Shown here one piece after another: positions 54,900-64,000 of a DNA stretch of 64,000 bases (within the stretch, counting starts at the first letter, position 1; each line of letters begins with the position of its first letter). The stretch covers positions 26,722 through 90,721 of the forward strand of contig CALREA010000001.1 in assembly GCA_943355055.1 (NCBI GenBank), in the 5' to 3' direction. Source of the DNA: Candidatus Peribacteria bacterium (GTDB taxonomy: Bacteria; Patescibacteriota; Gracilibacteria; UBA1369; UBA12463). The notes under the pieces were generated by a model, which worked only from the letters and a program-made list of their open reading frames with translations, was not told the DNA's origin and searched no databases. The translations under genes were made by a program, and so were the position numbers.

Positions 54900-55622
54900 A
54901 TGGAAAAAGGTACGCTCTATATCGTCTCAACACCCATCGGAAACCTGGAGGACATCACGTTTCGCGCGATTCGTGTTTTAAAAGAAGTTAATTTGATCGC
55001 GGCAGAGGACACTCGTCACGCCACGATCCTCCTTCATAAATACGAAATCCGAACGCCATGCGTGAGTTATCATTCCTATTCGAACGATTCAAAAATTCAG
55101 TCAATTATTGAAAAAATAAATGAAGGGCAGTCTGTTGCTCTTATATCAGATGCCGGTACGCCTGGAATCTCCGATCCCGCCTATACACTGATCCAGGCCG
55201 CTCTCGCGGCAGAGATTACCATAACGCCAATACCCGGCCCTTCGGCCCTCCTCACCGCGCTAGTCGCTTCCGGCTTGCCCATGCATCACTTCCGATATTA
55301 CGGCTTCCTCCCACTAAAAAAGGGCCGTCAAACCCTCCTCACCGGTTGGCGCACCGCAGCCGCGTCCGGCGATCTGGACGAGACGATTATTTTTTACGAA
55401 TCTCCCCACAGAATTGCTCGCACCCTCGAGGATCTCGTGAAACATCTCGATCCGGCAGTCTCAAGCACTGACGCCACCAGCAACTGGACGGTCGTCCTCG
55501 CCCGCGAGCTCACCAAAATCCACGAAGAATTCATGCGCGGAACGCTCAAGGAACTGATCCAGGCTTTCAAAACCAAGCCCCCAAGAGGCGAGTTCGTGGT
55601 GCTGCTGAGCTACAAACCATAG
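54900..55622 (+). CDS. rsmI: 16S rRNA (cytidine1402-2'-O)-methyltransferase RsmI
   Basis: GTLYIVSTPIGNLEDITFRAIRVLKEVNLIAAEDTRH and the tetrapyrrole-methylase fold pattern. The ATG at 54900 lies 2 nt after the tsaB stop. Confidence 0.9.
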   Translation: MEKGTLYIVSTPIGNLEDITFRAIRVLKEVNLIAAEDTRHATILLHKYEIRTPCVSYHSYSNDSKIQSIIEKINEGQSVALISDAGTPGISDPAYTLIQAALAAEITITPIPGPSALLTALVASGLPMHHFRYYGFLPLKKGRQTLLTGWRTAAASGDLDETIIFYESPHRIARTLEDLVKHLDPAVSSTDATSNWTVVLARELTKIHEEFMRGTLKELIQAFKTKPPRGEFVVLLSYKP

Positions 55623-55630
55623 TCTTGCAC

Positions 55631-56815
55631 TTACAATCCCTGAAACGCATGTTCAAAGGCGGCGGTATTCGCCATCATAATTTCTAGCACCCTATCAACC
55701 GGCTCATCGACTATCGTCACGATTGGCGAGAAGTGTCGTCCCGGAATAACTTCCCAGATAACATCGGCATCGCTTTTTGCAATATGGTCATACGTCATCT
55801 TCTGCGCATACGCACCCATGAGTTGATCATCGTGCGAGGTTACCAGCGAGATCGGCATGCCGCGAACAAGAGCCGGATCCAAACGCGGTGAAGTTCCAGT
55901 CGTAAGTGTCTGAACGAAGTACATCGCCTCAGCCGGATAGGTATTCGAGGTCAATCGACGCTCCGATAGGCCACGGGGATCACCCTCGGCCAAAAATGTA
56001 TCAAATGCCTGCTCGCCCCGAAACAGCAATCCCTCACCGCTCCATAAAGAACCGACAACATCTTTGAGATTTTTTCTCACGATGTTCGTGATCAGTCCCG
56101 GGGTGCGAAGCATTGCCTGTGAGTATGGCAGCGCCACGGAATTGATCAAAGTCGCCCCGCGTATCTGCCCCGGGGCAATACCATACGCGATCGGATCTCG
56201 CAGCATATGGGCAACAGTCTGTGCACCCTGGCTATGTCCCATGAGTACGATGGGAGGAGGGGTGTTACTCTGACCGCTTTCTTGCGCGAAATTTTTTTGC
56301 AGAAGAGGCAGGAGCTGTTTCATATGCTGAACAACTTCTCTCTGGAGCCTGCCGATGCCCCATCTTCCCTGGTTGATAATCGGCTTCGCCCCACCTCGCC
56401 CACCATGAACGTACGCCACGCCCACGAGACCGTGAGTCTCCATAATCGGCTTGAGAGGCTCGAGAATTTTATCGGTAAGCATCGAGGTCGCCGCTTGCAT
56501 ATATCCATTACATTGTATGAGAATACCACGAAAATCTCTCAAATTTTTTGGAGCAAAAAGAACAATTCGCCCAACCCCATCAATCTCACAGACGGAAAAC
56601 ATCATACCGTTGTGCGTAACCTCTGCCCCATCAGCCAACTGCGCAAACGGTCTGCCATCCGCCGCTCGAATCGAATCACCGTACAGTGTTTGAACAGCCT
56701 CGGAAGACGAGTCATGGATAACGGTTGTATGCTTGGTATCTCCATCCTTTACATCCACCATCCCGTCAGGCATCCTGCTCTCAACAACATCACCGATACC
56801 ACGAACATTATTCAT
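55631..56815 (-). CDS. alpha/beta hydrolase, function unknown
   Basis: Nucleophile elbow GHSQGAQ. 394 aa. Confidence 0.8.
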   Translation of the reverse strand: MNNVRGIGDVVESRMPDGMVDVKDGDTKHTTVIHDSSSEAVQTLYGDSIRAADGRPFAQLADGAEVTHNGMMFSVCEIDGVGRIVLFAPKNLRDFRGILIQCNGYMQAATSMLTDKILEPLKPIMETHGLVGVAYVHGGRGGAKPIINQGRWGIGRLQREVVQHMKQLLPLLQKNFAQESGQSNTPPPIVLMGHSQGAQTVAHMLRDPIAYGIAPGQIRGATLINSVALPYSQAMLRTPGLITNIVRKNLKDVVGSLWSGEGLLFRGEQAFDTFLAEGDPRGLSERRLTSNTYPAEAMYFVQTLTTGTSPRLDPALVRGMPISLVTSHDDQLMGAYAQKMTYDHIAKSDADVIWEVIPGRHFSPIVTIVDEPVDRVLEIMMANTAAFEHAFQGL

Positions 56816-56926
56816 ATAGAGAAAAATAAATACTCAAGAAACGAATTATACAACATAAAAGACAAAAAGCAACAACAAGGATTGTTTTTATGAGAAAAAA
56901 TGGTACAATCTTTCACCAAAGCTGAA

Positions 56927-56940
56927 AGAGGGCGCCCTCT
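56927..56940. repeat. perfect 14-nt palindrome AGAGGGCGCCCTCT flanked by two CAAAGCTGA-type motifs
   Basis: Seen directly in the sequence. The architecture matches that of the palindromes at 5368 and 34454. Confidence 0.4.
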
Positions 56941-56999
56941 CGATCTTTAAAGCTGAGCAGGAAGAAGAATAGAGTCACGCCAAATGGGCACAACCAAAA

Positions 57000-57028
57000 A
57001 TGTATCATTAATGTATCATTTTTGTATC
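57000..57028 (+). promoter_or_regulatory. 11-bp-phased direct repeats ATGTATCA (57000, 57011; TGTATC at 57023)
   Basis: Seen directly in the sequence. They lie ~185 nt upstream of the minus-strand hydrolase gene start. Confidence 0.35.
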
Positions 57029-57208
57029 TTCCCCCTCATCGAGGAAACAGTAGACGGTGCCTTTCTCTGTTTTTTGTAAAATTTTTAACCAACAAACTTT
57101 CCCATTACCCCCACTGTACAAATGTACAGCAAAAAGACAGCAAAATGTACAATGGCTCCGGAGGAACTGCTCTGTGCATCGAGCACGAAAAATCATTTTA
57201 TAAAAAAT

Positions 57209-59674
57209 CTACACCACAAACCCCACAAGTTTATCCGGCACATAGATTTCCTTTTTGACGGTAACGGCAGCTCCATCCGCCCCTACCAGATACCGCGCCA
57301 CGCTCTCGATCACACGAGCCGCACGCAACGCCTCATCACGAGAGCACCCCACCGGCAAGACCACCGTTCCCCGTACCTTCCCGTTCACCTGAATCGCGAT
57401 CTCCACCGAAGTCTCCATCAGCATCGCCGGATCAAACGTTGGATACGAACTCGCGAACACACTCTCCTTTTCGCCTAAATGCTCCCAAATTTCCTCAGCC
57501 AGATGCGGCGCCAACGGCGCGATCAAGCGTGTCATTATTTTTTTATCTTCCATCGAAACGCCAACTTTCATCGCCTCATTCACGAACTCCATCAGTCCGG
57601 CAATGGCAGTATTGAAGGTAAAAGCCTCGATACCATCGATAACTTTCTTGATAGTTTTATGCACCAGACGAGCAGAGGCGAGTCCTGTATTCGTTTTCTC
57701 TCCCGTCCCCACATCTGAACTTCCTTTTGTCGTCCGATCAGCCATCAAATTCCAGAATCTATCCACAAAACGAGAAACGCCGGTAATACCCTGATCACTC
57801 CAGTCTCCCCCTGCCTCGAATGGTCCCATAAACATCAAGTACATACGGAAAACATCACTTCCATATTGAGAAACAAAAGCATCAGGCGAAACAACATTAC
57901 CTTTTGATTTTGACATTTTTGCGCCATCTTTCGTCACCAAGCCCTGATGCACCAGTCGTGTAAACGGCTCTTCAAAATCCACAAAACCAAGATCATGCAT
58001 CACCATATTGATAAAGCGCGCATACAATAAATGCATGCACGCATGTTCCGGGCCGCCGATATACATATCAACAGGAAGCCATTTATTCGCGAGCTCAGTA
58101 CTGAACGCGCCTTCTTTCATACGCGCAGCCGGATATCGGAGGAAATACCAACTCGAGTCCACAAATGTATCCATCGTATCGCTTTCTCGCTGCGCGTCGC
58201 CTCCGCAGGTAGGACATTTCGTCGCCATAAAACTATCAACAAAAGCGAGAGGGGACTTTCCGCCCTTCGGGCGGAACTCAACGTCCTCCGGCAACAACAC
58301 CGGTAACTGCTCCTCGGACAACGGCACCTCGCCACATTTCTCGCAGTAGATCAAAGGAATCGGCGCGCCCCAATATCGCTGACGAGAAACCAACCAATCA
58401 CGTAATTTATAATTCACTTGGAAATCCGCAACGCCATCCAACTTCAATAATTCCGTGATTTTCTTACGCGCCATCTCGCTGCTCAATCCCGTATAATCCC
58501 CGGAACTCACCAATACGCCATCATCGATATAAGCCTCGCCCTTCGCGACACCTCCATCAGTTGGCGGCCCAGCAGGGTTGTCCCTTGGGGGCTTCACCAC
58601 TGTCACTACCGGCAACTCATATTTCTTCGCGAAAGCGAAATCTCTTTCATCATGCGCCGGAACGGCCATGACCGCACCGGTTCCGTACGTCATCAAAACA
58701 TAATCCGCAATCCATATTGGCACGCGTTTCCCATTCACGGGATTCACCGCATAAGCCCCGGTCTCTACACCCGTTTTATCCCTTCCCTCGGCGCTACGAT
58801 TGATATCCGTTACACGCTTGGCGTTATCAATATATTCCTTCACATCTTTCTCGAATAATTTCTCGGTAATCTCGCCGACCAAAGGATGTTCAGGAGCCAA
58901 AACCACATACGTACATCCAAAAAGGGTATCTACACGAGTGGTATAGACCTCAATTTTGCCCCCGCTACGCCCAAAAATCTCAAACTGCACCGTGGATCCC
59001 TCACTTCTTCCAATCCAATGCTGCTGCATCAATTTCGTCTTTTCCGGCCAATCCAATCCATCGAAATTCAATAACCGTTCCGCATACGAACGAATATTGA
59101 AAAACCATTGGGTGAGTTCTTTTTTCGTCACCTCGCTCTTACATCGATCGCACTCTCCATTATTTACCTGTTCATTTGCCAAAACCGTCTGGCACGAAGG
59201 ACACCAGTTCACCGGCGCGCGTTTCCTGTAAGCCAAGCCTTTTTTATACAATTGGAGAAATACCCACTGTGTCCATTGATAATACTCAGGATCCGAAGTT
59301 ACAACTTTTTTACTCCAATCATACATCGTGCCAATCAACGATAACTGCTCCTCCATCTTCGCGCAGTTCTGCGCAATACTTACCGTAGGATGAATACCCG
59401 TCTTAATCGCGTAATTCTCCGCCGGTAATCCAAAACTATCGAACCCGATCGGCTCAAACACATTAAACCCCTTCATCCGCATATACCGTCCCCATGAGTC
59501 TGCCGGCGCGTAATTATACCAGTGTCCCACGTGTAACTTATCACCCGATGGATAGGGGAACATCACGAGATTATAGTACTTCGGTCGTTTTTCATCATGA
59601 AGAGACGTGGTATACAAACCGCTATCCGCCCAGCGTTTCTGCCATTTATGTTCTACGTGTGACGCATTATACAT
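57209..59674 (-). CDS. leuS: leucine--tRNA ligase
   Basis: 821 aa with a HIGH-type motif (HVGHWYNY), KMSKS and a CP1 editing domain. Confidence 0.95.
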   Translation of the reverse strand: MYNASHVEHKWQKRWADSGLYTTSLHDEKRPKYYNLVMFPYPSGDKLHVGHWYNYAPADSWGRYMRMKGFNVFEPIGFDSFGLPAENYAIKTGIHPTVSIAQNCAKMEEQLSLIGTMYDWSKKVVTSDPEYYQWTQWVFLQLYKKGLAYRKRAPVNWCPSCQTVLANEQVNNGECDRCKSEVTKKELTQWFFNIRSYAERLLNFDGLDWPEKTKLMQQHWIGRSEGSTVQFEIFGRSGGKIEVYTTRVDTLFGCTYVVLAPEHPLVGEITEKLFEKDVKEYIDNAKRVTDINRSAEGRDKTGVETGAYAVNPVNGKRVPIWIADYVLMTYGTGAVMAVPAHDERDFAFAKKYELPVVTVVKPPRDNPAGPPTDGGVAKGEAYIDDGVLVSSGDYTGLSSEMARKKITELLKLDGVADFQVNYKLRDWLVSRQRYWGAPIPLIYCEKCGEVPLSEEQLPVLLPEDVEFRPKGGKSPLAFVDSFMATKCPTCGGDAQRESDTMDTFVDSSWYFLRYPAARMKEGAFSTELANKWLPVDMYIGGPEHACMHLLYARFINMVMHDLGFVDFEEPFTRLVHQGLVTKDGAKMSKSKGNVVSPDAFVSQYGSDVFRMYLMFMGPFEAGGDWSDQGITGVSRFVDRFWNLMADRTTKGSSDVGTGEKTNTGLASARLVHKTIKKVIDGIEAFTFNTAIAGLMEFVNEAMKVGVSMEDKKIMTRLIAPLAPHLAEEIWEHLGEKESVFASSYPTFDPAMLMETSVEIAIQVNGKVRGTVVLPVGCSRDEALRAARVIESVARYLVGADGAAVTVKKEIYVPDKLVGFVV

Positions 59675-59692
59675 ACGCGCATCATCGTAACA

Positions 59693-60328
59693 CTAGACAG
59701 TTTTTTCTACAATAACTCTATTCTTGTCGGATTCATCATCGCTCGGATTAAGTTCCTTAATGGACTTTCCCCTAGGCGCGCTTTTCGAGGCAGGCTTACC
59801 CCCCTTTTCGATGAGGGACTCGGTAATGTCCTTAAGCGTCACAACAACCATTTTATTTTGGCTGGTTTCTTGTTTCGCAAGATCAAACGTCGCGAGGACG
59901 ATATGTTCCTTCCCGTCCGCAGCCATAATATGAAACGGACCGGCGTTGACGAGCATTTTTCCGCTCGTGGAAACCCCGGAGAAGCTCGATGCGAAAACAG
60001 GGAGATCGTCTGCTGACAATAACGTGAAGAAGTTTTTCTCCGCAATTTCCTTGCTGACAAATCCAAAATCCTCACTGAATTTTGTATTGATCTCGATCAC
60101 ATTACCGGAGAGATCCAGAGCGACTACCGGCGCATCTTTATTCATATAAGATTCAAACTTTCCTCCAGGATGAAAGAAGTCAGCGAATATATTCGTCTGG
60201 AGATTTTTTTCAACCATCACTTCAGGATTATGTTCTGAGCCGGCAAAAAAGAGCACCACGGAAAAGGTGGTAATAAAGAGAGATATCGCTATAAGCGCAA
60301 TTTTTTTACCATGAGGAATAAGAATCAT
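59693..60328 (-). CDS. membrane-anchored hypothetical protein, possible PAS-like fold
   Basis: N-terminal TM helix. The segment VVALDLSGNVIEINTKFSEDFGFVSKEIAEKNFFTLL resembles a PAS core. It lies 18 nt upstream of leuS. Confidence 0.7.
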   Translation of the reverse strand: MILIPHGKKIALIAISLFITTFSVVLFFAGSEHNPEVMVEKNLQTNIFADFFHPGGKFESYMNKDAPVVALDLSGNVIEINTKFSEDFGFVSKEIAEKNFFTLLSADDLPVFASSFSGVSTSGKMLVNAGPFHIMAADGKEHIVLATFDLAKQETSQNKMVVVTLKDITESLIEKGGKPASKSAPRGKSIKELNPSDDESDKNRVIVEKTV

Positions 60329-60457
60329 TTTTGTATATTTAGGGTTTATTTCAGTTTTATATCATATTATACAGAATAAACGACAATCAGTCAAGTATAT
60401 CAGACGCAAAAAAAGACAGACCAAAAACAGCTAATTTTAGCTTAAGGCAAACAACCG

Positions 60458-61390
60458 TTACGCGACCTTCTCCCTCGCGGAAATCTCCTTTTCAGAGGTC
60501 AGATCCAGGAAAGTATACGTATAGACGCCGTAAGCGAAAATCTCTATAACCGCACCGAGATAAGAGGCGAAAAACAAAGCCGCCAAGCCAATAATCGATC
60601 CAATGACCAGGCCGATAATATGGAGGGTGATGGTGGCTATATACCCCGCCGCCAACAGCAAAGCTGCCGGAACGAGGAGGAGAAGGAGGATTTGCAACAA
60701 AATACGTATCGTAATGATTCCCATGAGGATGGTAATCAAGAATGTCCGCTGCCAATGAAGCAGAACCAGCTTCGCGCTCTTCGTCATGGACGCTATAACC
60801 CCCTCGCGATCAATAATGATAAAAAGGTCGGCATATGTGAAAAGAAGCGTCATGACAAAGCCCAAAACAAGCAAAACGATGAATATAGGTATCAGGGTGA
60901 GAAACAGATTAATACTATGTCTCAGGACAAATCCGGCATCAAATAAAATGGTGAATACTCCAAAAAATTTCACGGCGGTATGATATTCGAAGAGAACGAG
61001 ATAGCTTTGAAGGCCATATTTGAATCCATCTCCAATCGTAGCCTCCTGTCCGTTGCGATGTCGCGCGATCACCTGAATCGCCGCCGCCTGGGTCAGGGTG
61101 GGCAAAAGCATATAAATGGCGAAAAGAATCGCCGCTACGGCAATAATCAGCACACTCGAGTCGGCATGCCGCTGGAGAAAATCATAGGCAAAAGAGAGAA
61201 CCTGGGTCAGAAAACTCTTCGGAGAGTTATCAAAAAGTTCAGACTCCTTAAAGGCAAAGAACTGATATCCCATATAGAGGACACCCGCCGTCGTAGTGAA
61301 AATAGAAGGGAGGAAGCCATACCAATAGATGACTTTCTTGTGCGTCTGCGTGTAGTGCCACGCCTCCTGAATAATGGCTCGGTACGTCAT
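60458..61390 (-). CDS. polytopic membrane protein, hypothetical
   Basis: About 6-7 TM helices. The likely start is MTYRAIIQEAWHY (ATG 61390); the ORF track extends to 61480. Confidence 0.75.
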   Translation of the reverse strand: MTYRAIIQEAWHYTQTHKKVIYWYGFLPSIFTTTAGVLYMGYQFFAFKESELFDNSPKSFLTQVLSFAYDFLQRHADSSVLIIAVAAILFAIYMLLPTLTQAAAIQVIARHRNGQEATIGDGFKYGLQSYLVLFEYHTAVKFFGVFTILFDAGFVLRHSINLFLTLIPIFIVLLVLGFVMTLLFTYADLFIIIDREGVIASMTKSAKLVLLHWQRTFLITILMGIITIRILLQILLLLLVPAALLLAAGYIATITLHIIGLVIGSIIGLAALFFASYLGAVIEIFAYGVYTYTFLDLTSEKEISAREKVA

Positions 61391-61526
61391 AGGTTCGAAA
61401 CCTACTTTGAAGCAAAGCCCCGATGTCGTCAAGCGAGTGTTAAGGGGTAAAGAAGGAAAGCCCGTAAATTCTCTTGTCACATAGATATTCTTTTGCTAAA
61501 CTAACTCCGCAATTCATTTTGAACTT

Positions 61527-61805
61527 ATGAAACATTCTCAAAAGAAAACAATTATTCAATCATACGCCGTTCATCCGCAAGACACGGGATCACCGCAAGT
61601 GCAGATCGCTATTTTGACGAACAGAGTACAGGAGCTGACCAAGCACCTGGAAGAACATCCAAAAGACAATCACTCACGACGTGGCCTCCTGATCATGGTT
61701 GGCAAACGCCGAAAACTTCTTAACTATCTCCGTCTTAATAACAAAGACGAATTTGAGAAGTTAAATGAGAAACTTGGACTTAGAAAAACACCAGTATCTT
61801 CATAA
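61527..61805 (+). CDS. rpsO: 30S ribosomal protein S15
   Basis: 92 aa with DTGSPQVQIAILT..I..LT.HL..H.KD.HSRRGLL.MVGKRRKLL.YL. Confidence 0.95.
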   Translation: MKHSQKKTIIQSYAVHPQDTGSPQVQIAILTNRVQELTKHLEEHPKDNHSRRGLLIMVGKRRKLLNYLRLNNKDEFEKLNEKLGLRKTPVSS

Positions 61806-61817
61806 TTCTCACTCTCC

Positions 61818-64000
61818 ATGCAGAAATCTCTCACATGTGACTTGGCAGGACGCCAATTCAAGCTTGAAACAGGACATTTTGTCACGCAAGCAGGCGGCTC
61901 AATCACCGCATGGTTGGGAGACACGGTTGTCATGGCGAACGCATCCATGAGTGATGATCCAAAAGCCGGAGCAGAGTTTTTCCCAATGGTGGTTGATTAT
62001 GAAGAACGGTATTACGCTGCAGGAAAAATTAAGGGAAGCCGTTTTATCAAGAGAGAGGGTCGTCCCTCGGAGAACGCTGTTTTGAACTCACGAGTTATTG
62101 ATCGTCCTATCCGTCCACTTTTTCCAAAAGGTCTGACGCATGATGTTCAGTTACTGTGTACGGTGTTGTCTGCCGACCTCGAGGTTGATCCGTCTACGAC
62201 AGCCATCAACGCGGCATCCATGGCATTATTGGCCTCTGGAGCCCCTTTTGAGGGCCCGGTCAGCGCCGTTCGAATCGGATATATTGAGGAAAATGGTACA
62301 TGGAAACTTATCGTAAATCCAACCTATGCCCAGGCGGCAGCCGGAAAGCTCGATATCGTCGTAGCGGGAACGCTCGATGCTATCACCATGGTAGAGGCAG
62401 AGAGCTCAGAGCTCGACGAAGATACGATGATCAAAGCACTCGATTTGGCTCACGCGGAAATCAAGAAACTTTGCACATTCCAACTCGAGTTTGCAAAACA
62501 GCTCGATATTAAACCAAAAGAATACAAACTCCTCGAACCTAGCGCGGAAATGGTTGCTGCTATTGAGGGATTTATTACGCACGACATGCTCGACATGATC
62601 AAAGGCGCAACAAAGAAGGAGGTAAAGAAAGCCTACAAAGCTCTTCTCACTTCGGTACTTGAGAAATTTGCCGCAGAGGTAGAGGCAGGAACATTCACAA
62701 AACCACATCTCGATGAGAAATTAAATGGCATGGTAGAGAAGAAAATGCGTGCAAACATCCTCGAAAAAGAGCAACGTCTTGATGGTCGTAAACTCGACCA
62801 AATTCGTGCGCTTTCCGCAGAGGTTGGAGTGCTTCCGCGTACACACGGTACGGGACTCTTCACTCGAGGTGAGACACAGATTCTTTCCATTGCTACCCTC
62901 GGAGCTCCTGGAGATTCGCAAGTAATCGATACGATGGACACGGATATTGAGAAGCGATACATTCACCACTACAACTTTCCACCATACGCCGTAGGAGAGA
63001 TTAAAATGCTCCGATCACCATCACGCCGAGAAATCGGTCACGGCGATCTTGCAGAGCGCGCCCTTCTTCCAGTATTACCTTCAAAAGAAGTTTCCCCTTA
63101 TACTATCTGGGTGGTTTCTGAGACATTAAGCTGCAATGGATCAAGCTCTATGGGCTCGGTCTGCGGCTCATCCCTCGCCCTCATGGACGCTGGTGTACAA
63201 ATCAAACGTCACGTTGCCGGTATTGCCATGGGTCTCGTTACGGACGGCAAGGGTGCATACAAGATCCTTACCGACATTCAGGGTATGGAGGATTTTGCAG
63301 GAGATATGGACTTCAAAGTTACGGGTTCACGCGAAGGTATCACCGCGCTTCAGATGGATATCAAAGTCAAAGGCCTCAATCTCGATATCATGCGAGAAGC
63401 GCTTGAGAGAGCCAAGAAGGCACGATTTGAGCTCCTCGATATGATGGAAAGAGTTATCGCAGAGCCAAGAAAAGAAATGTCCAAGTACGCTCCAATGATC
63501 ACGACGGTAAAGATCGACGTAGAGCAGATTCGTTCTATCATCGGCAAAGGTGGCGAGACGATCCAGAAAATCACCGCAGAATGTGGCGTTGAGATTGATA
63601 TCGACCAGTCAGGACTCGTATTTATCACCGCTCCTACGCAGGAGGCTGGAAAGAAGGCAGTAGATTGGGTCAAGAGCATCGTCTATATTCCGCAATCCGG
63701 TGAGGTATTTGACGGTACGGTTACCCGACTCATGGAGTTCGGCGCCTTTGTCGAAATCGCTCCGGGCAAGGAAGGCCTCGTACATATCTCTCAGCTTTCA
63801 GGTGACCGTGTCGACCGTGTAGAGGACGTCGTCCAAGTCGGCGACAAATTACAAGTAAAATTGATGGAAGTTGACGACCAAGGCAGGTATAATCTCTCAC
63901 ACAAAGCGACACTCCCAGGCTTCGAAGACCTCAAACTCGAAAAACGACCACCCGCACGAGGCGGATTCGCAGGACACTCTGGAGCGCAGCGAAGGAGGTT
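61818..64000 (+). CDS. pnp: polyribonucleotide nucleotidyltransferase (PNPase), 3' end beyond the window
   Basis: Not in the ORF track because there is no stop in the window. Hand translation from ATG 61818 gives MQKSLTCDLAGRQFKLETG...FFPMVVDYEERYYAAGKIKGSRFIKREGRPSE. KH (IGKGGETIQKI) and S1 (GEVFDGTVTRLMEFGAFVEI) domains lie near the end. The rpsO-pnp order is classical. Confidence 0.9.
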   Translation, partial: MQKSLTCDLAGRQFKLETGHFVTQAGGSITAWLGDTVVMANASMSDDPKAGAEFFPMVVDYEERYYAAGKIKGSRFIKREGRPSENAVLNSRVIDRPIRPLFPKGLTHDVQLLCTVLSADLEVDPSTTAINAASMALLASGAPFEGPVSAVRIGYIEENGTWKLIVNPTYAQAAAGKLDIVVAGTLDAITMVEAESSELDEDTMIKALDLAHAEIKKLCTFQLEFAKQLDIKPKEYKLLEPSAEMVAAIEGFITHDMLDMIKGATKKEVKKAYKALLTSVLEKFAAEVEAGTFTKPHLDEKLNGMVEKKMRANILEKEQRLDGRKLDQIRALSAEVGVLPRTHGTGLFTRGETQILSIATLGAPGDSQVIDTMDTDIEKRYIHHYNFPPYAVGEIKMLRSPSRREIGHGDLAERALLPVLPSKEVSPYTIWVVSETLSCNGSSSMGSVCGSSLALMDAGVQIKRHVAGIAMGLVTDGKGAYKILTDIQGMEDFAGDMDFKVTGSREGITALQMDIKVKGLNLDIMREALERAKKARFELLDMMERVIAEPRKEMSKYAPMITTVKIDVEQIRSIIGKGGETIQKITAECGVEIDIDQSGLVFITAPTQEAGKKAVDWVKSIVYIPQSGEVFDGTVTRLMEFGAFVEIAPGKEGLVHISQLSGDRVDRVEDVVQVGDKLQVKLMEVDDQGRYNLSHKATLPGFEDLKLEKRPPARGGFAGHSGAQRRR

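Noticed and set aside
1-64000. Alternative genetic code (UGA recoded, as in some candidate-phyla lineages).
   Set aside because: Standard-code translation gives full-length, collinear LeuS, HisS, MetK, TsaD, PepcA, PNPase and others, with no premature UGA. Several ORFs plausibly terminate at UGA.
1-64000. CRISPR arrays, rRNA operons, prophage or conjugative gene clusters.
   Set aside because: I found no regularly spaced direct repeats with unique spacers, no rRNA-like sequence, and no capsid, terminase, integrase or T4SS gene. The only mobile-DNA traces are the MITE, the IS HTH remnant, the HNH gene and the TA modules.

Overview
This is a gene-dense bacterial window, roughly 90% coding. It uses the standard genetic code: full-length LeuS, HisS, MetK and PNPase read through with no in-frame UGA. 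There is no rRNA and no CRISPR array.

About 55 credible CDS are present:
- Translation and RNA metabolism: miaA, recJ, an nrnA-like DHH protein, hisS, tsaD, cca, an rlmD-like methyltransferase, a beta-CASP RNase, metK, rnhA, tsaB, rsmI, leuS, rpsO and pnp (3' partial).
- C4 metabolism: malic enzyme, archaeal-type PEP carboxylase and an aminotransferase.
- Envelope proteins: SLH-domain proteins, an SLT lytic transglycosylase, a 1068-aa amidase_2+SpoIID hydrolase, a DsbA/CcdA pair and CapA.
- Also a znuCB-like metal ABC transporter, corA, csp, trxA, a Fic protein, a VapBC pair and an orphan DinJ-like antitoxin.

Two tRNA-Gly genes (CCC, UCC) and one aberrant tRNA-like element are present. Shine-Dalgarno sequences are missing upstream of almost every start I checked. 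This, together with the gene content, suggests an uncultivated small-genome lineage (CPR/Patescibacteria-like). That placement is inference only.

The most interesting region is 5.0-15.1 kb:
- A 2237-aa protein of unknown function has an internal Gly/Ala-rich hydrophobic block and an AT-rich helical-repeat module. A small acidic ORF precedes it.
- It converges on an SLT + YebC operon.
- Both operons are driven by ~92% identical inverted copies of a 77-nt promoter module that carries a palindromic operator.
- Next to the locus, a ~215-bp MITE with terminal inverted repeats and an 11-bp target-site duplication splits an ORF.

Several intergenic repeat families recur across the window:
- a MITE-like module with compensatory palindromes
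- a micro-ORF/hairpin element
- the 9-mer CAAAGCTGA
- 11-bp-phased ATGTATCA repeats
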